64,000 bases of DNA, taken from assembly GCA_040218735.1 (NCBI GenBank), contig JAVJQW010000042.1, positions 96,001-160,000 of the forward strand, written 5' to 3'. The stretch is from Deltaproteobacteria bacterium. Lineage in GTDB: Bacteria; Myxococcota; Kuafuiibacteriia; Kuafuiibacteriales; Kuafuiibacteriaceae. The notes below the pieces were generated by a model, which was given only the letters and a program-made list of their open reading frames with translations, did no database searches and had not been told where the DNA came from. The translations under genes and the position numbers were made by a program. Positions 18,184 to 27,766 of this stretch are shown here, piece after piece. Within the stretch, counting starts at the first letter, position 1; every line of letters starts with the position of its first letter.

Positions 18184-19797
18184 ATGGCAACACTCCGTAG
18201 CCAAGTGGAGCAGATGCTCACGACCGACGCGCTCGATGAAGCACGCGCGTTGATTCGAGCCTTCAGTGAATCGACCGAGAAACAGGGAGCCGCCTCCTCG
18301 GTCGCTGCACTTCTGGTTCTAGGGCCAGATCAGGCATTCGAGGTCGCACTCGGCGAACTTGCGAGGCAAGCCAACTATCGTCGAGTCTCTGAGTCGGACC
18401 TCGCATTGTGGCTAGCGGCGGCTTTGGCGCGAACTCACGTTCCTAGTACTAGTCCGGCACGAGTTAGCATGCTTGCCATACTGGCTCAGGTTGCTAATTG
18501 GCGTGCGCCCGTGTTCGCACTGATGGCGCCCGGCGTTGACCAATGGATCAACTCGGGACTCGAGAACGACTCCGCGATGGTACGGGAGCAGACGGTAGAC
18601 TTTCTCGCAACCTGGTCGCAGTACTGGCGGGCGCCGAGACGCGCTCGGGTCCGTCGAGCTATTCGCGACGCTGCGCTGCAAGCGATAGCGTTAGTGGACG
18701 ATAGCGAACTGGCTGAAGACTGGGAGAGCGGGCTACGCGATTTCAGTTCGGCCAAGAACGCCTCCCTAGAGCCTGACTCTGCGGTCTGGTCGGCACCCGG
18801 CGCACTCCTGGCGATGCTGTCCCACGCTGATCCCGACCACGCTGACCTTGCTCGCCACTTGTCGAGCGCAACGACCGGATGGTTGGCCGAACTTGCGTCG
18901 ACTAACCCAGCTGCAGGAAAGCTCGTGGGCGCGGTCAGAGTAGAAGGCACAGATCAACGTCTCTCGTGGTCGCAGGTTGCCGGTGTAATTAGCGTCGCGG
19001 AGAGGTTCGTTCAGGAGGTCGCCGACCGAGCCTGGAAAAGCGTCTCGAACCTACCGACATTCGTACCTGCTGCTGCTGCTGGCGGTTCCTGGACGGTAAC
19101 GCTGAGTGCAACGATGTCAACACGTCAGGCTTTCCAACTCGTAGACATGTTCGATAGCCTTGGGCGGTTCGACGATGCGATCGAAGCCTCTGATGACCTT
19201 CGAGAGGAATGGCAACGACTGTGCGCTGAGGCCATTGGAGGACGGTTCGTCGTGTACTTCGCGGTGGCCAGCGCTGCGTCAGACGTTCCGTACGCGTCCG
19301 TTGTAGCCAGCACTGATGGTCAGGGGCAGGCCAGAGCGACGCCTTTGGTGCTGTCTCGCGACGTTCCGCAAGCCGACACGCTCGCACGTGTTGTTGAGCT
19401 TACGAGATTGTTCGTTGAGCGCCCCGGAGAGATCGAACTCGTCCGAGAACGCTTCATCTCGCGCGATGGAATCACTGGCCGCCAGTTCTCGTACTACCGT
19501 CGCGCATCCGAGACTCTCGGCCTGCTTACCTTCACTGGGCATCCTACGCGAGCGGGGGCACTCCTTGCCCGCGTGGGAGATGCCCGTCGGTCTGAGATCC
19601 TAAGGCATCAGTTCTCTGTCTCGGAGGTTGGCGCAGCGTGGTTGAGGTGGGCACAAGTCGACAGCGTTGAAGAACTACACAGCCGATCGGCTTTTGCCTT
19701 TGTTCGTGATGTTGCACCGAGCCTGTCTGAGTCGACTGCGAGACGGCGCTCTCGAACCCTTGTTGGATGGCTTGAGGAACTTACCGAAGCGGATTGA
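18184..19797 (+). CDS. Hypothetical protein with C-terminal winged-helix-like domain of the type seen in restriction-associated proteins
   Basis: C-terminal VPQADTLARV...RQFSYYRRASETLGL...STARRRSRTLVGWL; helical N-terminus. Confidence 0.65.
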   Translation: MATLRSQVEQMLTTDALDEARALIRAFSESTEKQGAASSVAALLVLGPDQAFEVALGELARQANYRRVSESDLALWLAAALARTHVPSTSPARVSMLAILAQVANWRAPVFALMAPGVDQWINSGLENDSAMVREQTVDFLATWSQYWRAPRRARVRRAIRDAALQAIALVDDSELAEDWESGLRDFSSAKNASLEPDSAVWSAPGALLAMLSHADPDHADLARHLSSATTGWLAELASTNPAAGKLVGAVRVEGTDQRLSWSQVAGVISVAERFVQEVADRAWKSVSNLPTFVPAAAAGGSWTVTLSATMSTRQAFQLVDMFDSLGRFDDAIEASDDLREEWQRLCAEAIGGRFVVYFAVASAASDVPYASVVASTDGQGQARATPLVLSRDVPQADTLARVVELTRLFVERPGEIELVRERFISRDGITGRQFSYYRRASETLGLLTFTGHPTRAGALLARVGDARRSEILRHQFSVSEVGAAWLRWAQVDSVEELHSRSAFAFVRDVAPSLSESTARRRSRTLVGWLEELTEAD

Positions 19798-20545
19798 CCG
19801 ATGAGATTATTTCGTCGATCGATGATGACTCGGAGCAAAATGAGAGTAGACGTTTCCTGGTCACCTCCACCGCTTCCTCACAGGTGTCGTTTCCCATGAA
19901 GGAGCGCCCAAGTTTGACCGCGGCCTCTCCTGTGCTTCCCGATCCCATGAAGGGATCCGCAACTATTTCACCAGGAAATGAACTCTGCTTGACAAGGATT
20001 TCGATTAGGGCGGAAGGCTTCTCTGTTGGGTATCCGCGCCAGATGCGCGGGACCGCAAGGATGTCTGGCACTCCCAAGTCACTCAGCTTCCGCTTCCCTT
20101 TCTCGAAGAAGAGAATGCGTTCACATCTTGATCGGTAATGGTACCCCATTCCAATCTTCATCTTGTCCCAGATCAGCGGCTTCCAGAACTTAAATCCGAC
20201 CTCCTCGGCGACCGGTTTGGCGAAGAACATCGTCTCCGCGTCACAAAAGAAGTAAAAGTGAGAGTGGCGTGCAAGCACGCGATACACCTCACGGAATAGT
20301 TCATGGAATCGGCGGTTCGGAAATATGTCGAACCACTTATTGCTCGATGCTTTGCTGTTCTTCAGGCGCGTGGTTGTTCCAACCGCTCGGTGCTTCTCCA
20401 AGGATTCGTACGGCGGATCCGTGACGATCAGGTCAACTGAACTCGATGGGAGGCCCCTTAGCCAGTCGATCGCATCAACCTTGCTGAGGGCGAACCTAAC
20501 ACTCGGTGCTTCGGCTGTTTGCCTCTCGACCCTACGCTTCGGCAC
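19781..20545 (-). CDS. Site-specific DNA methyltransferase (N6-adenine/N4-cytosine, beta-type motif order)
   Basis: VDLIVTDPPY precedes YPTEKP and ADPFMGSGST. Start uncertain (GTG 20545 favoured over 20845). Confidence 0.9.
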   Translation of the reverse strand: MPKRRVERQTAEAPSVRFALSKVDAIDWLRGLPSSSVDLIVTDPPYESLEKHRAVGTTTRLKNSKASSNKWFDIFPNRRFHELFREVYRVLARHSHFYFFCDAETMFFAKPVAEEVGFKFWKPLIWDKMKIGMGYHYRSRCERILFFEKGKRKLSDLGVPDILAVPRIWRGYPTEKPSALIEILVKQSSFPGEIVADPFMGSGSTGEAAVKLGRSFMGNDTCEEAVEVTRKRLLSFCSESSSIDEIISSVNPLR

Positions 20546-20684
20546 CGCATCGAATCGTACTGGAGGAGACTGAACAAAACAACAGGTCTTCTGGCCGCAC
20601 GGAGTCGGGATCCTTCGTGGACTCACCCTTGTGACCCGGCAGGCGATGTTGCGCATTGCGCCCGGATCTAGCAGTCCCGTTTGC

Positions 20685-23489
20685 GTGGCCCGTTCGGCGA
20701 CAATCACGCTAGTGTTTCTCCTCTGCGCCTGCGGGAGCAGTGACCCCGAGGGCATCCGCGAGGTCGAGACCGAGCTGACGCGTGTCATCCCCACGCTCGA
20801 GGCCGACGTGTTCGTACTGCGCGCGGAGAACGACGTCGCGCACATCTACGCGGAGAACCTCCTCGACGCGCACCGGGTGCAGGGCTTCGTCACGGCGCAG
20901 GATCGTTACGTTCAGCTCGAGCTCCTCCGGCGCCTCGGGGCGGGGTCGACGCACGAGCTGCTCGGCTCGCTCGGCGTGGACATCGACGCGATCGCGCGCG
21001 GCCAAGGGTTGAAGGCGGTGGCCGACGCGATCTGGGCGTCGCTCTCCGCGGATCTGAAGCAGCGCTTCGAGGCCTACGCGGAGGGCGTGAACGCGTACAT
21101 CGAGGTCGTGCAGCGCGGGCAGCTCCCGTTGCCGGAGGAGATCGAGATCGTCGCGGGGCTCGTCGACATCGACCGCCCCGCGGACGCGATGCAGCCGATC
21201 TCTGGCTACGACATAGCGGCCGTCGCGGCGGTCGTGGTGAGCCGCCTCGGCTACGAGACCACCGACCTCAAGCGCCAGTCCGCCGCGCAGAAACTCGCGG
21301 CGCTCCCCGACGGCAAGGTGAAAGACGGCTTGCTCTACGATCTCTTCGGCGCCGTCGCGCCCGTGCACGCGATCTCCGAAGTCGCGCCGGGCCAGGGCCT
21401 CAGCCCCCGCTTCGAACGCCAGCTCCGCGCGCTCGACGTCGAAGGCTCGATGCTCGACCGCCTCGTGAATCGCACCACGACGTTCTCGCGGTGGATCGGC
21501 AAGAACGATCGTGAGTTCGGCTCCAACGCCTGGGCCGTTTCGTCCAAGGGCACCGGCGGCGGATCGATCCTCGCGAACGACGGCCACCTCTCGCTCACGA
21601 TCCCGTCGCTGTTCTACCAGCAGTGCATCGACGTCGCGTACTTCGGCGACGAAGACGACGACCACCTCTGCGGTCTCTACTTCCCCGGCTTCCCGCTCCT
21701 CGCGGTCGGCACCAACGGCCACGTCGCGTGGGGCCAGACGTACCTCGACGCCGACGTCACCGACTTCTACGCCGAGCAAATCCAGCTCGGCACCGACGGC
21801 CTCCCGCAGGCGACGATGTTCCAAGGACAGTGGCGCGACGTCCGCCGCGTCGACGAGACCTACGGCGACGTCGTCGTCCCACGCTTCGAGACGTTCGACG
21901 GGCGCTACCTGATCTCGGTCGAGGGCGAGATGAGCAGCTCGGGTTTCTTCGCGCTCGGCGACTGGATCACCCCCGGCGACACCAACGGCGACCAGGTCAT
22001 CGAAGGCGTCAGCTTCGACTGGACCGCCTTCGACGTCGGCCAGACGATCGAAGCCGTCGCCGGTTTCTCGCGTTCGCGCTCCGTCGCGGACTTCAAGGCG
22101 CAGACGAAGAAACTCGTCGGCTACTCGCAGAACGTCATCGTCGCCGACGAACACGGCGACGTCATGTACACCGGCTACCACGCGCTCCCCTGCCGCGACG
22201 GCCTGGAGAAGGACGAAGGCGGCTGGGTCGAAGGCGCCAACCCGATGCAGGTCCTCGACGGCACCACGTACGGAGCGTTCGACATCGACCTCGCCGCGCC
22301 GAGCGGCTGCCTGATCCCCTTCGAAGCTGGCCCTCGCGTCGAGACGCCCGCGTCCGGGTTCGTCGTCACCGCGAACCACGACCCGCTCGGCAACACGTTC
22401 GACGACGATCTCGCGAACGACACCCACTACATCGGCGGCCCCTACGCGCTCGGCTACCGCGCGAAGACGATCTCGGACGGCCTCGCGGCGAGCGTCGCCA
22501 CGGGGGCATCGTCGATCGCCGACACCCAAACGATCCAAGCCGACCACCACTCCCCCCTCGGGCTCCGCTACGGCCCGCTGCTGGAGCAAGCCCTCGACGA
22601 CAGCGACCCGCGCTTCGCCGAGGTCAAGTCGCGCCTCACCGCGTGGCGCGACCGCGGCGCTCTCGCGAAGTCCGGCGTCGACACCTTCTACGCGACCTTC
22701 GCCGCGGAAGAGCGCGCCGACGCCGTCGCCACGATGATCTTCAACGCGTGGATGCGCCGCTTCGTCGAGCTCGTCTTCGACGAAGAGCTCGCGCGCGACG
22801 CGATGGTCACCAGCGCCGCGCGCACCGCGTTCCGCACCCTCGACCGGATGCTGATGTCGCGCGGCGAGAACACCGCCGGCCTGCGCTCCTACGACGACGC
22901 GCGCGGGGAGTCGGTGTTGTTCGACCTCGTCGCGACCGCGTCCGTCACCGAGACCAGCGACGACGTCATGCAAATCGCGATGGTCGACGCCCTCGACGCG
23001 CTCGCCTCCGATCGCTACTTCGACACGGACGACATGGACGCCTGGCTCTGGGGCCTCGAGCACCAGGTGCGCTTCATCGCGCTCATCGAAGAAGCCGGCG
23101 CGGACAACCCGCTCGTCGGGTTGCTCTCGTTCAAGTTCGGCCTCACCACGAAGGACCTCCCGCTCGAAGGCGGCCCCGGCACAGAGTCGCTCGAACACTT
23201 CCCGCGCAACGGGGACTGGTTCGGCGTGGACGCCGCGAACCCGGGTCTCTTCCGCCGCGACTACGACTACACCCACGGCCCGGTGATGCGCATGGTCATC
23301 CAGCTGAACGACGGCGAGGTGCGCGGCGAGAACGTCCTCCCGGGCGGGCAGTCCGGGCTCCTCGAAGACGAACACTTCGCCGACCAGGCCGCGCTCTGGC
23401 TCGGCAACCGCACCATCCCGCTGCGGTACTTCGCCGAAGAGGCGGTCGCGGGGATGCAGTCGGCGGAGCGCTTCACGAAGGCGCGTTGA
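20685..23489 (+). CDS. Penicillin acylase / acyl-homoserine-lactone acylase family (Ntn hydrolase) lipoprotein
   Basis: HIYA, QGFVTAQDR, GSNAW nucleophile site, LANDGHL and PGGQSG; lipobox LCAC. Start uncertain (20631 or 20685). Confidence 0.9.
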   Translation: MARSATITLVFLLCACGSSDPEGIREVETELTRVIPTLEADVFVLRAENDVAHIYAENLLDAHRVQGFVTAQDRYVQLELLRRLGAGSTHELLGSLGVDIDAIARGQGLKAVADAIWASLSADLKQRFEAYAEGVNAYIEVVQRGQLPLPEEIEIVAGLVDIDRPADAMQPISGYDIAAVAAVVVSRLGYETTDLKRQSAAQKLAALPDGKVKDGLLYDLFGAVAPVHAISEVAPGQGLSPRFERQLRALDVEGSMLDRLVNRTTTFSRWIGKNDREFGSNAWAVSSKGTGGGSILANDGHLSLTIPSLFYQQCIDVAYFGDEDDDHLCGLYFPGFPLLAVGTNGHVAWGQTYLDADVTDFYAEQIQLGTDGLPQATMFQGQWRDVRRVDETYGDVVVPRFETFDGRYLISVEGEMSSSGFFALGDWITPGDTNGDQVIEGVSFDWTAFDVGQTIEAVAGFSRSRSVADFKAQTKKLVGYSQNVIVADEHGDVMYTGYHALPCRDGLEKDEGGWVEGANPMQVLDGTTYGAFDIDLAAPSGCLIPFEAGPRVETPASGFVVTANHDPLGNTFDDDLANDTHYIGGPYALGYRAKTISDGLAASVATGASSIADTQTIQADHHSPLGLRYGPLLEQALDDSDPRFAEVKSRLTAWRDRGALAKSGVDTFYATFAAEERADAVATMIFNAWMRRFVELVFDEELARDAMVTSAARTAFRTLDRMLMSRGENTAGLRSYDDARGESVLFDLVATASVTETSDDVMQIAMVDALDALASDRYFDTDDMDAWLWGLEHQVRFIALIEEAGADNPLVGLLSFKFGLTTKDLPLEGGPGTESLEHFPRNGDWFGVDAANPGLFRRDYDYTHGPVMRMVIQLNDGEVRGENVLPGGQSGLLEDEHFADQAALWLGNRTIPLRYFAEEAVAGMQSAERFTKAR

Positions 23490-24925
23490 TGCGGCGTGTC
23501 CTGATCATCGCGGCCGTCGTCTGCGTGGTGTTCGGCGTCTGGGTCTGGCGCGTCGCGGAGCCGTTCGCGCCCGAGTACGACGCGACCTACGTCGGCAGCG
23601 CGCAGTGCGGCCAGTGCCACACGCAGGTCTACGAGGACTGGCGCGAGTCGTCGCACGCGAAGATGACGCGACGCCCGACGCCCGAGTCGGTGGTCGGCGA
23701 CTTCGACGACCACGCCTGGACGCTCCCGCCCGACGCGCAACGCAGCCTCGCCGACACCGAGCCGGCGGCACGTATGTACCGCGAGGGCGACAAGTACTTC
23801 ATGGCGCTGCGCCACCCCGAGCAGCCGGGCTACGTGCCCTTCGAGATCGCGTGGGTGATTGGCTACCAGTACCGGCAAGTCTACTTGACGCTCGAACCGA
23901 AGGGCGTGCTGCGCCGCCTCCCGCTGCAGTGGTCGGTGCCGCGCCAAGCGTTCTTCCCGTACTGGAACATGCAGGAGGCGAGCACGCCCTCCGTCACCGA
24001 CTTCTGGATGCAGATGCGCTCGCAGAACTCCGCGTGGAACCTTTTCTGCGCGCGCTGCCACACGACCAACCTGGAGATCCTCGCGAAGGACAAGGACCAC
24101 ACCGCGGCGGACACGCGGTGGACCGAACCGGGCATCGCCTGCGAGGCGTGCCACGGCCCGGGGAGCCTGCACCTCGAATATTTTCGAACGAACTACGCGA
24201 ACCGCTTCTTCGGGTTCCTGGACTCCGACGTACGCGGCCGCCGCGCCGCGTACATCGCGAGCGCTCCGAAGCTCTCCAAGGGCACCGCGATGAGCGTGTG
24301 CGCGCGCTGCCACGGCACGGACATCCGGCTCTCCTCGACGGACGTCTTCCGCGAGTACGAGCCGGGCTTCAGCCGGACCGGCAAGACCAACGACCTGTCT
24401 TCACACTTCAAGGAGGTGCCGCTCACGCCGAACCGCACGACGCCGACCGTGGAGATCTACGCGGACGGCCAACCGAAGGGGATCGGCATGCTCTTTCGCT
24501 CGATGATCGAGTCGAAGTGTTACGAGCAGGCCGACGTCCGCTGCCACGACTGCCACGACGCACACGACAACCGGAAGCCCGCCGTCGAAGGGATCCTCGA
24601 GCCGTCCGCCGCGAGTGACGCGTACTGCCTCGGCTGCCACGAGGGCATCGCGGCGCGCGTCGACCAACACAATCGCCACGAACCGAACACCCCCGGCGCG
24701 CACTGTTACGACTGCCACCTACCGAAATCGATCGTGAAGATCGCGGCCGGCATCGACGACTTCACGCGGACCCACGAGCTCAGCTCGATCCCTCGCCCGG
24801 CGAACACGGTGCGCTTCGGACAGCACCGCGCCCCGAACGCGTGCACGGGGTGCCACGCGGATCGGTCGCCCGCGTGGGCCGACGAGCTGGTGCGATCCTG
24901 GTCGACGACGTCCGCCGCGCGCTGA
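23489..24925 (+). CDS. Multiheme (8 CxxCH) c-type cytochrome
   Basis: Start MRRVLIIAAVV overlaps the upstream stop (TGATG). Heme motifs: CGQCH, CARCH, CEACH, CARCH, CHDCH, CLGCH, CYDCH, CTGCH. Confidence 0.9.
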   Translation: MRRVLIIAAVVCVVFGVWVWRVAEPFAPEYDATYVGSAQCGQCHTQVYEDWRESSHAKMTRRPTPESVVGDFDDHAWTLPPDAQRSLADTEPAARMYREGDKYFMALRHPEQPGYVPFEIAWVIGYQYRQVYLTLEPKGVLRRLPLQWSVPRQAFFPYWNMQEASTPSVTDFWMQMRSQNSAWNLFCARCHTTNLEILAKDKDHTAADTRWTEPGIACEACHGPGSLHLEYFRTNYANRFFGFLDSDVRGRRAAYIASAPKLSKGTAMSVCARCHGTDIRLSSTDVFREYEPGFSRTGKTNDLSSHFKEVPLTPNRTTPTVEIYADGQPKGIGMLFRSMIESKCYEQADVRCHDCHDAHDNRKPAVEGILEPSAASDAYCLGCHEGIAARVDQHNRHEPNTPGAHCYDCHLPKSIVKIAAGIDDFTRTHELSSIPRPANTVRFGQHRAPNACTGCHADRSPAWADELVRSWSTTSAAR

Positions 24926-24933
24926 CCCGCGGT

Positions 24934-26373
24934 TTATTGGATGAGGTTCACGACCCCCGCGACCTTCAAGCCGTCGAACGCCTTCGCGTCCCCGGCCAGC
25001 ACGAGGTCGACGTGCTCGGGGACGTACTTCTTGGCGACGCGCTCCACGTCTTCCGCGGTGATCGCGTCGATCGCCGCGTCGACGGCCTCGAACCACGCGG
25101 CGTCGCGTCCCGAGCAGAACGCCAGGCCGAGCTGGATGGTCGCGGCGTCGGGGTCCTGGAGCGAGTAGGTGCGCCGGTAGGCGGCCTTGGCGGCGCGGAG
25201 CTCTTCGGCGCCGACGCCCTCGGAGCGGACGCGTCGGACCTCCGCACGGATGAGCGTCGCGACGCTCGCGACTTCGTCGTTGTCCACCGCAGCGGCGAGC
25301 TCGACGTACCCGGCGTTCTTGTGTGGCGTGTACGTCGCGCCGGCGCTGTAGGTGAGACCGCGTTCGTGGCGCAAGCGAACCTGCGTACGGGAGGTGAGGG
25401 GGCCGCCGAGGATCTGAGCGAGGATGTGCACGGCGTGCATGTCGCCGTGTCCGAATGGCGGCGCGGTGAAGCCGGCCATCACGGTGGCGTCTTCTTCGTC
25501 CGCCGGCAGCAGGAACGTCACCGCGTCGTCGTGCTCACGCTGAACGAACCGCTGCGAGTCGCGGAGCGGTTCACCGGGGTCGTCGCTCCAGTCACCGAAG
25601 TGGCGTTCGACGAGCGCAAAGGCCGCCGTCGCCGTGATCGCTCCGTTCAGGACGACGGCGCTGTGGCGCGGGATGAAGACCGTGCGGTGGTACTTGCGGA
25701 TGTCCACGGGCGTGAGCTCCGAGGCGACCTCCTTCAGCGCCTTCGGTTCGAGCGCCCACGCGTGGGTCGCGCCGTACCAACGTTCGAACAGGAGCCGACG
25801 CATCCGCGTTCGCAGCGCGCTCTTCTGCCGTGGGAACGCGCGGACGACGCCCGAGCTCGCGTCGGCGAGGTGTGTCGCGCCCAACGCGGGGGTGCGCACC
25901 ATGCGTGCGATCATCGCGACGGCGGTGCTGAAACCGCGCTCGCCGACCGTCACCCCGGCGAAGGTCCCGTCCTCGAAGGCAAACGCGTACGGGCGGCGGC
26001 CCGCGATGCGGAGGTCTTCGATGATGGTGTCCTCGTCGATCGCCGTGCCCTCCAGGAGCGCGCTCGCCGTCATGGAGGCGAGGCCGATCGGGCGGTCTTC
26101 TGCGTCCTGAAACTCCTGGGCGGCGCGGTTGATGTAGCCGATCGACGTGAGCGGCACGCCGGGTTGCTCGACGACGAACACGGTGAGGCCGTTGTCGAGC
26201 TTCTGCTGAACGATCGGCGCCGGCTTCGGGCCGTCGATCTCCTCCAGCGGCGTCGGTCGTGTCGCGTACTTCGGTGCCTCGGCGGTTCGATTCAACGGGA
26301 GCGACGGCGGAGGGAGGCTCGCGCGGCACGCGGTGGCGAGTGTCGCGAAGGCGATGAGCGCGACGGCCCTCAT
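24934..26373 (-). CDS. M16 family peptidase, non-catalytic partner subunit (lipoprotein)
   Basis: LDNGLTVFVVE, GLASMTASALLEGT (no HxxEH) and ILGG...SR...LRHERGLTYS; lipobox LATAC; ATGA overlap with the partner. Confidence 0.85.
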   Translation of the reverse strand: MRAVALIAFATLATACRASLPPPSLPLNRTAEAPKYATRPTPLEEIDGPKPAPIVQQKLDNGLTVFVVEQPGVPLTSIGYINRAAQEFQDAEDRPIGLASMTASALLEGTAIDEDTIIEDLRIAGRRPYAFAFEDGTFAGVTVGERGFSTAVAMIARMVRTPALGATHLADASSGVVRAFPRQKSALRTRMRRLLFERWYGATHAWALEPKALKEVASELTPVDIRKYHRTVFIPRHSAVVLNGAITATAAFALVERHFGDWSDDPGEPLRDSQRFVQREHDDAVTFLLPADEEDATVMAGFTAPPFGHGDMHAVHILAQILGGPLTSRTQVRLRHERGLTYSAGATYTPHKNAGYVELAAAVDNDEVASVATLIRAEVRRVRSEGVGAEELRAAKAAYRRTYSLQDPDAATIQLGLAFCSGRDAAWFEAVDAAIDAITAEDVERVAKKYVPEHVDLVLAGDAKAFDGLKVAGVVNLIQ

Positions 26374-27725
26374 CGACGTTTGTCTCCCACCACGAAGCGG
26401 AAGTCGTCGAGCTCTTCGACGTCGATGCGGTTCGCCGATCGACCACGGCTCAGCTCCAACACCTCGTCGGCGACGAGCATCCGGTCGTAGCGGATCCAGT
26501 GCGCGAAGAGCTGGCGGACGTCTTCGACGGTCACGGACTTCATGCGTTCCTGGATCGCCAGGAGGTCCGGCGGCGGGTGCGCCCGGCTCGTCGCGAGGCG
26601 CTGCGCGCGGGTGTGGAGCGTTCGGTACTCGAGCAACCAGTCTGTCTGCGCCGAGACCGACATGGGGACGAGCTCGGCGCGGTCGGGGCCTGCCTCCCAC
26701 AGCTCGACGAGGACCCGTTGCACCGCGCGCTCGCGTTCGTCGAGCGACGGTCCGACGACATGACCGCCGAGGGTCAGCGCCATCACCAGGTGGTTGCCGC
26801 GGTCACCGAGGTCGAGGCGGAACCGCGTCCTGGTGTCGTTCGCGAGCTCGTTGCGGAGGCGGTGCTCCAAGACCGCGTGCGCGACGTACGCGATCGCGCG
26901 GTCCTCGGTGTCGTCACAGGGGAGGTGCCAGACGAGGTGGCGCAGGGGGAGCAACGAGAGCCACGAGCGTACGCGCACCCGGCCGCGTCCTCGGAACAAG
27001 ACGCGGTCGACGACGTCGCGCGGCACGGGCGCGGGCGGGCGGCCGATCGCTTCGAAGTAGTCGGCCACGAGGGTGCGCGCTCGTTCGGGATCGAAGTTGC
27101 CGGTGATGACGAGCGTCGCGTTGTCGGGGCGGTAGTAGCGCTGGAAGAACCACTGCACGTTGGCGAGGGTGATGCCGTCCGCCTCGTTGGCGAGGGAGTG
27201 GCCGCGCGCGTAGAGGTGGCCCGGCGGGTACTCGGCTTCGGCGATCAGCGCGTGCGCGTCGCTGTAGATCCAAGGCCCGTAGATCCGTTTGCGTTCGTCC
27301 TGTTCGCGGGCGACGACGGCGATCTCGCGCTCGACCTTCGCGGCGTCGAACGACTCCAGCGCGAACGCCATGCGCTCCGCTTCGATCCACAGCATCACCG
27401 GGAGCTCGCGCGCCGGTGCGGTCACGAAGTAGCGCGTGTGGTCGTGGAGGGTGTGGGCGTTGAAGTCACCGCCGAGCTCCGCGAGGGTCTTCGCCATCGC
27501 GAGGCCGGGGAGGTGTTTCGTCCCGGTGAAGGTCAGGTGCTCGACGAGGTGTGCGAGGTTCTCGTAGCCGTCCGGATCGTGCGCGCGCCCGACGTCGTAG
27601 CGGACGAGCACGGCGACGTCGGTGCTGAAGTCATCGGGGTGGAGGACGACGCGCAGACCGTTGCCGAGCTCGTAGGGGGGGAGGGGGGCCGCGAGCTGGA
27701 GCGCGAGGAGGCCGACCGCGAACAC
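26370..27725 (-). CDS. M16 family zinc peptidase, catalytic subunit
   Basis: LGNGLRVVL, inverted zinc motif HLVEH, NAHT, WIEAERM and YYRPDNATLVITG. Start probably GTG 27725. Confidence 0.85.
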   Translation of the reverse strand: MFAVGLLALQLAAPLPPYELGNGLRVVLHPDDFSTDVAVLVRYDVGRAHDPDGYENLAHLVEHLTFTGTKHLPGLAMAKTLAELGGDFNAHTLHDHTRYFVTAPARELPVMLWIEAERMAFALESFDAAKVEREIAVVAREQDERKRIYGPWIYSDAHALIAEAEYPPGHLYARGHSLANEADGITLANVQWFFQRYYRPDNATLVITGNFDPERARTLVADYFEAIGRPPAPVPRDVVDRVLFRGRGRVRVRSWLSLLPLRHLVWHLPCDDTEDRAIAYVAHAVLEHRLRNELANDTRTRFRLDLGDRGNHLVMALTLGGHVVGPSLDERERAVQRVLVELWEAGPDRAELVPMSVSAQTDWLLEYRTLHTRAQRLATSRAHPPPDLLAIQERMKSVTVEDVRQLFAHWIRYDRMLVADEVLELSRGRSANRIDVEELDDFRFVVGDKRR

Positions 27726-27766
27726 ACTCCAGGGATACCGCGGAACGGGGTCGCGTTGAAGGCGGC

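Larger units (their letters stand above)
17750..20620. mobile_element. Lower-GC horizontally acquired islet (three genes, no integrase)
   Basis: Abrupt loss of GC3 bias. Hand counts give 27/60 G+C at 20281-20340 versus 42/60 at 21121-21180. Boundaries approximate. Confidence 0.6.

Noticed and set aside
17718-20700. att sites or target-site duplications flanking the low-GC islet
   Set aside because: I found no convincing direct repeat, tRNA or integrase by eye.
20709-23375. Very long antisense or alternate-frame ORFs (also 27914-30532, 44612-46801, 40754-42448, 24841-26490, 4371-5933)
   Set aside because: They are shadow ORFs caused by high GC3 bias. The opposite strand carries clear family motifs and these do not.
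21623-23488. Apparent 1100-aa ORF fusing an Arg-rich region to the cytochrome (similar N-extensions on RecQ 14522, dioxygenase beta 5088, M16 26700/28214, DUF1501 62686)
   Set aside because: The extensions are off-frame read-through of the upstream gene. True starts coincide with stop/start overlaps and signal peptides.
27675-27688. G7-A-G6 tract near the M16 gene start as a phase-variation site
   Set aside because: The runs are short, the frame is intact (APLPPY), and such tracts are expected in GC-rich DNA.
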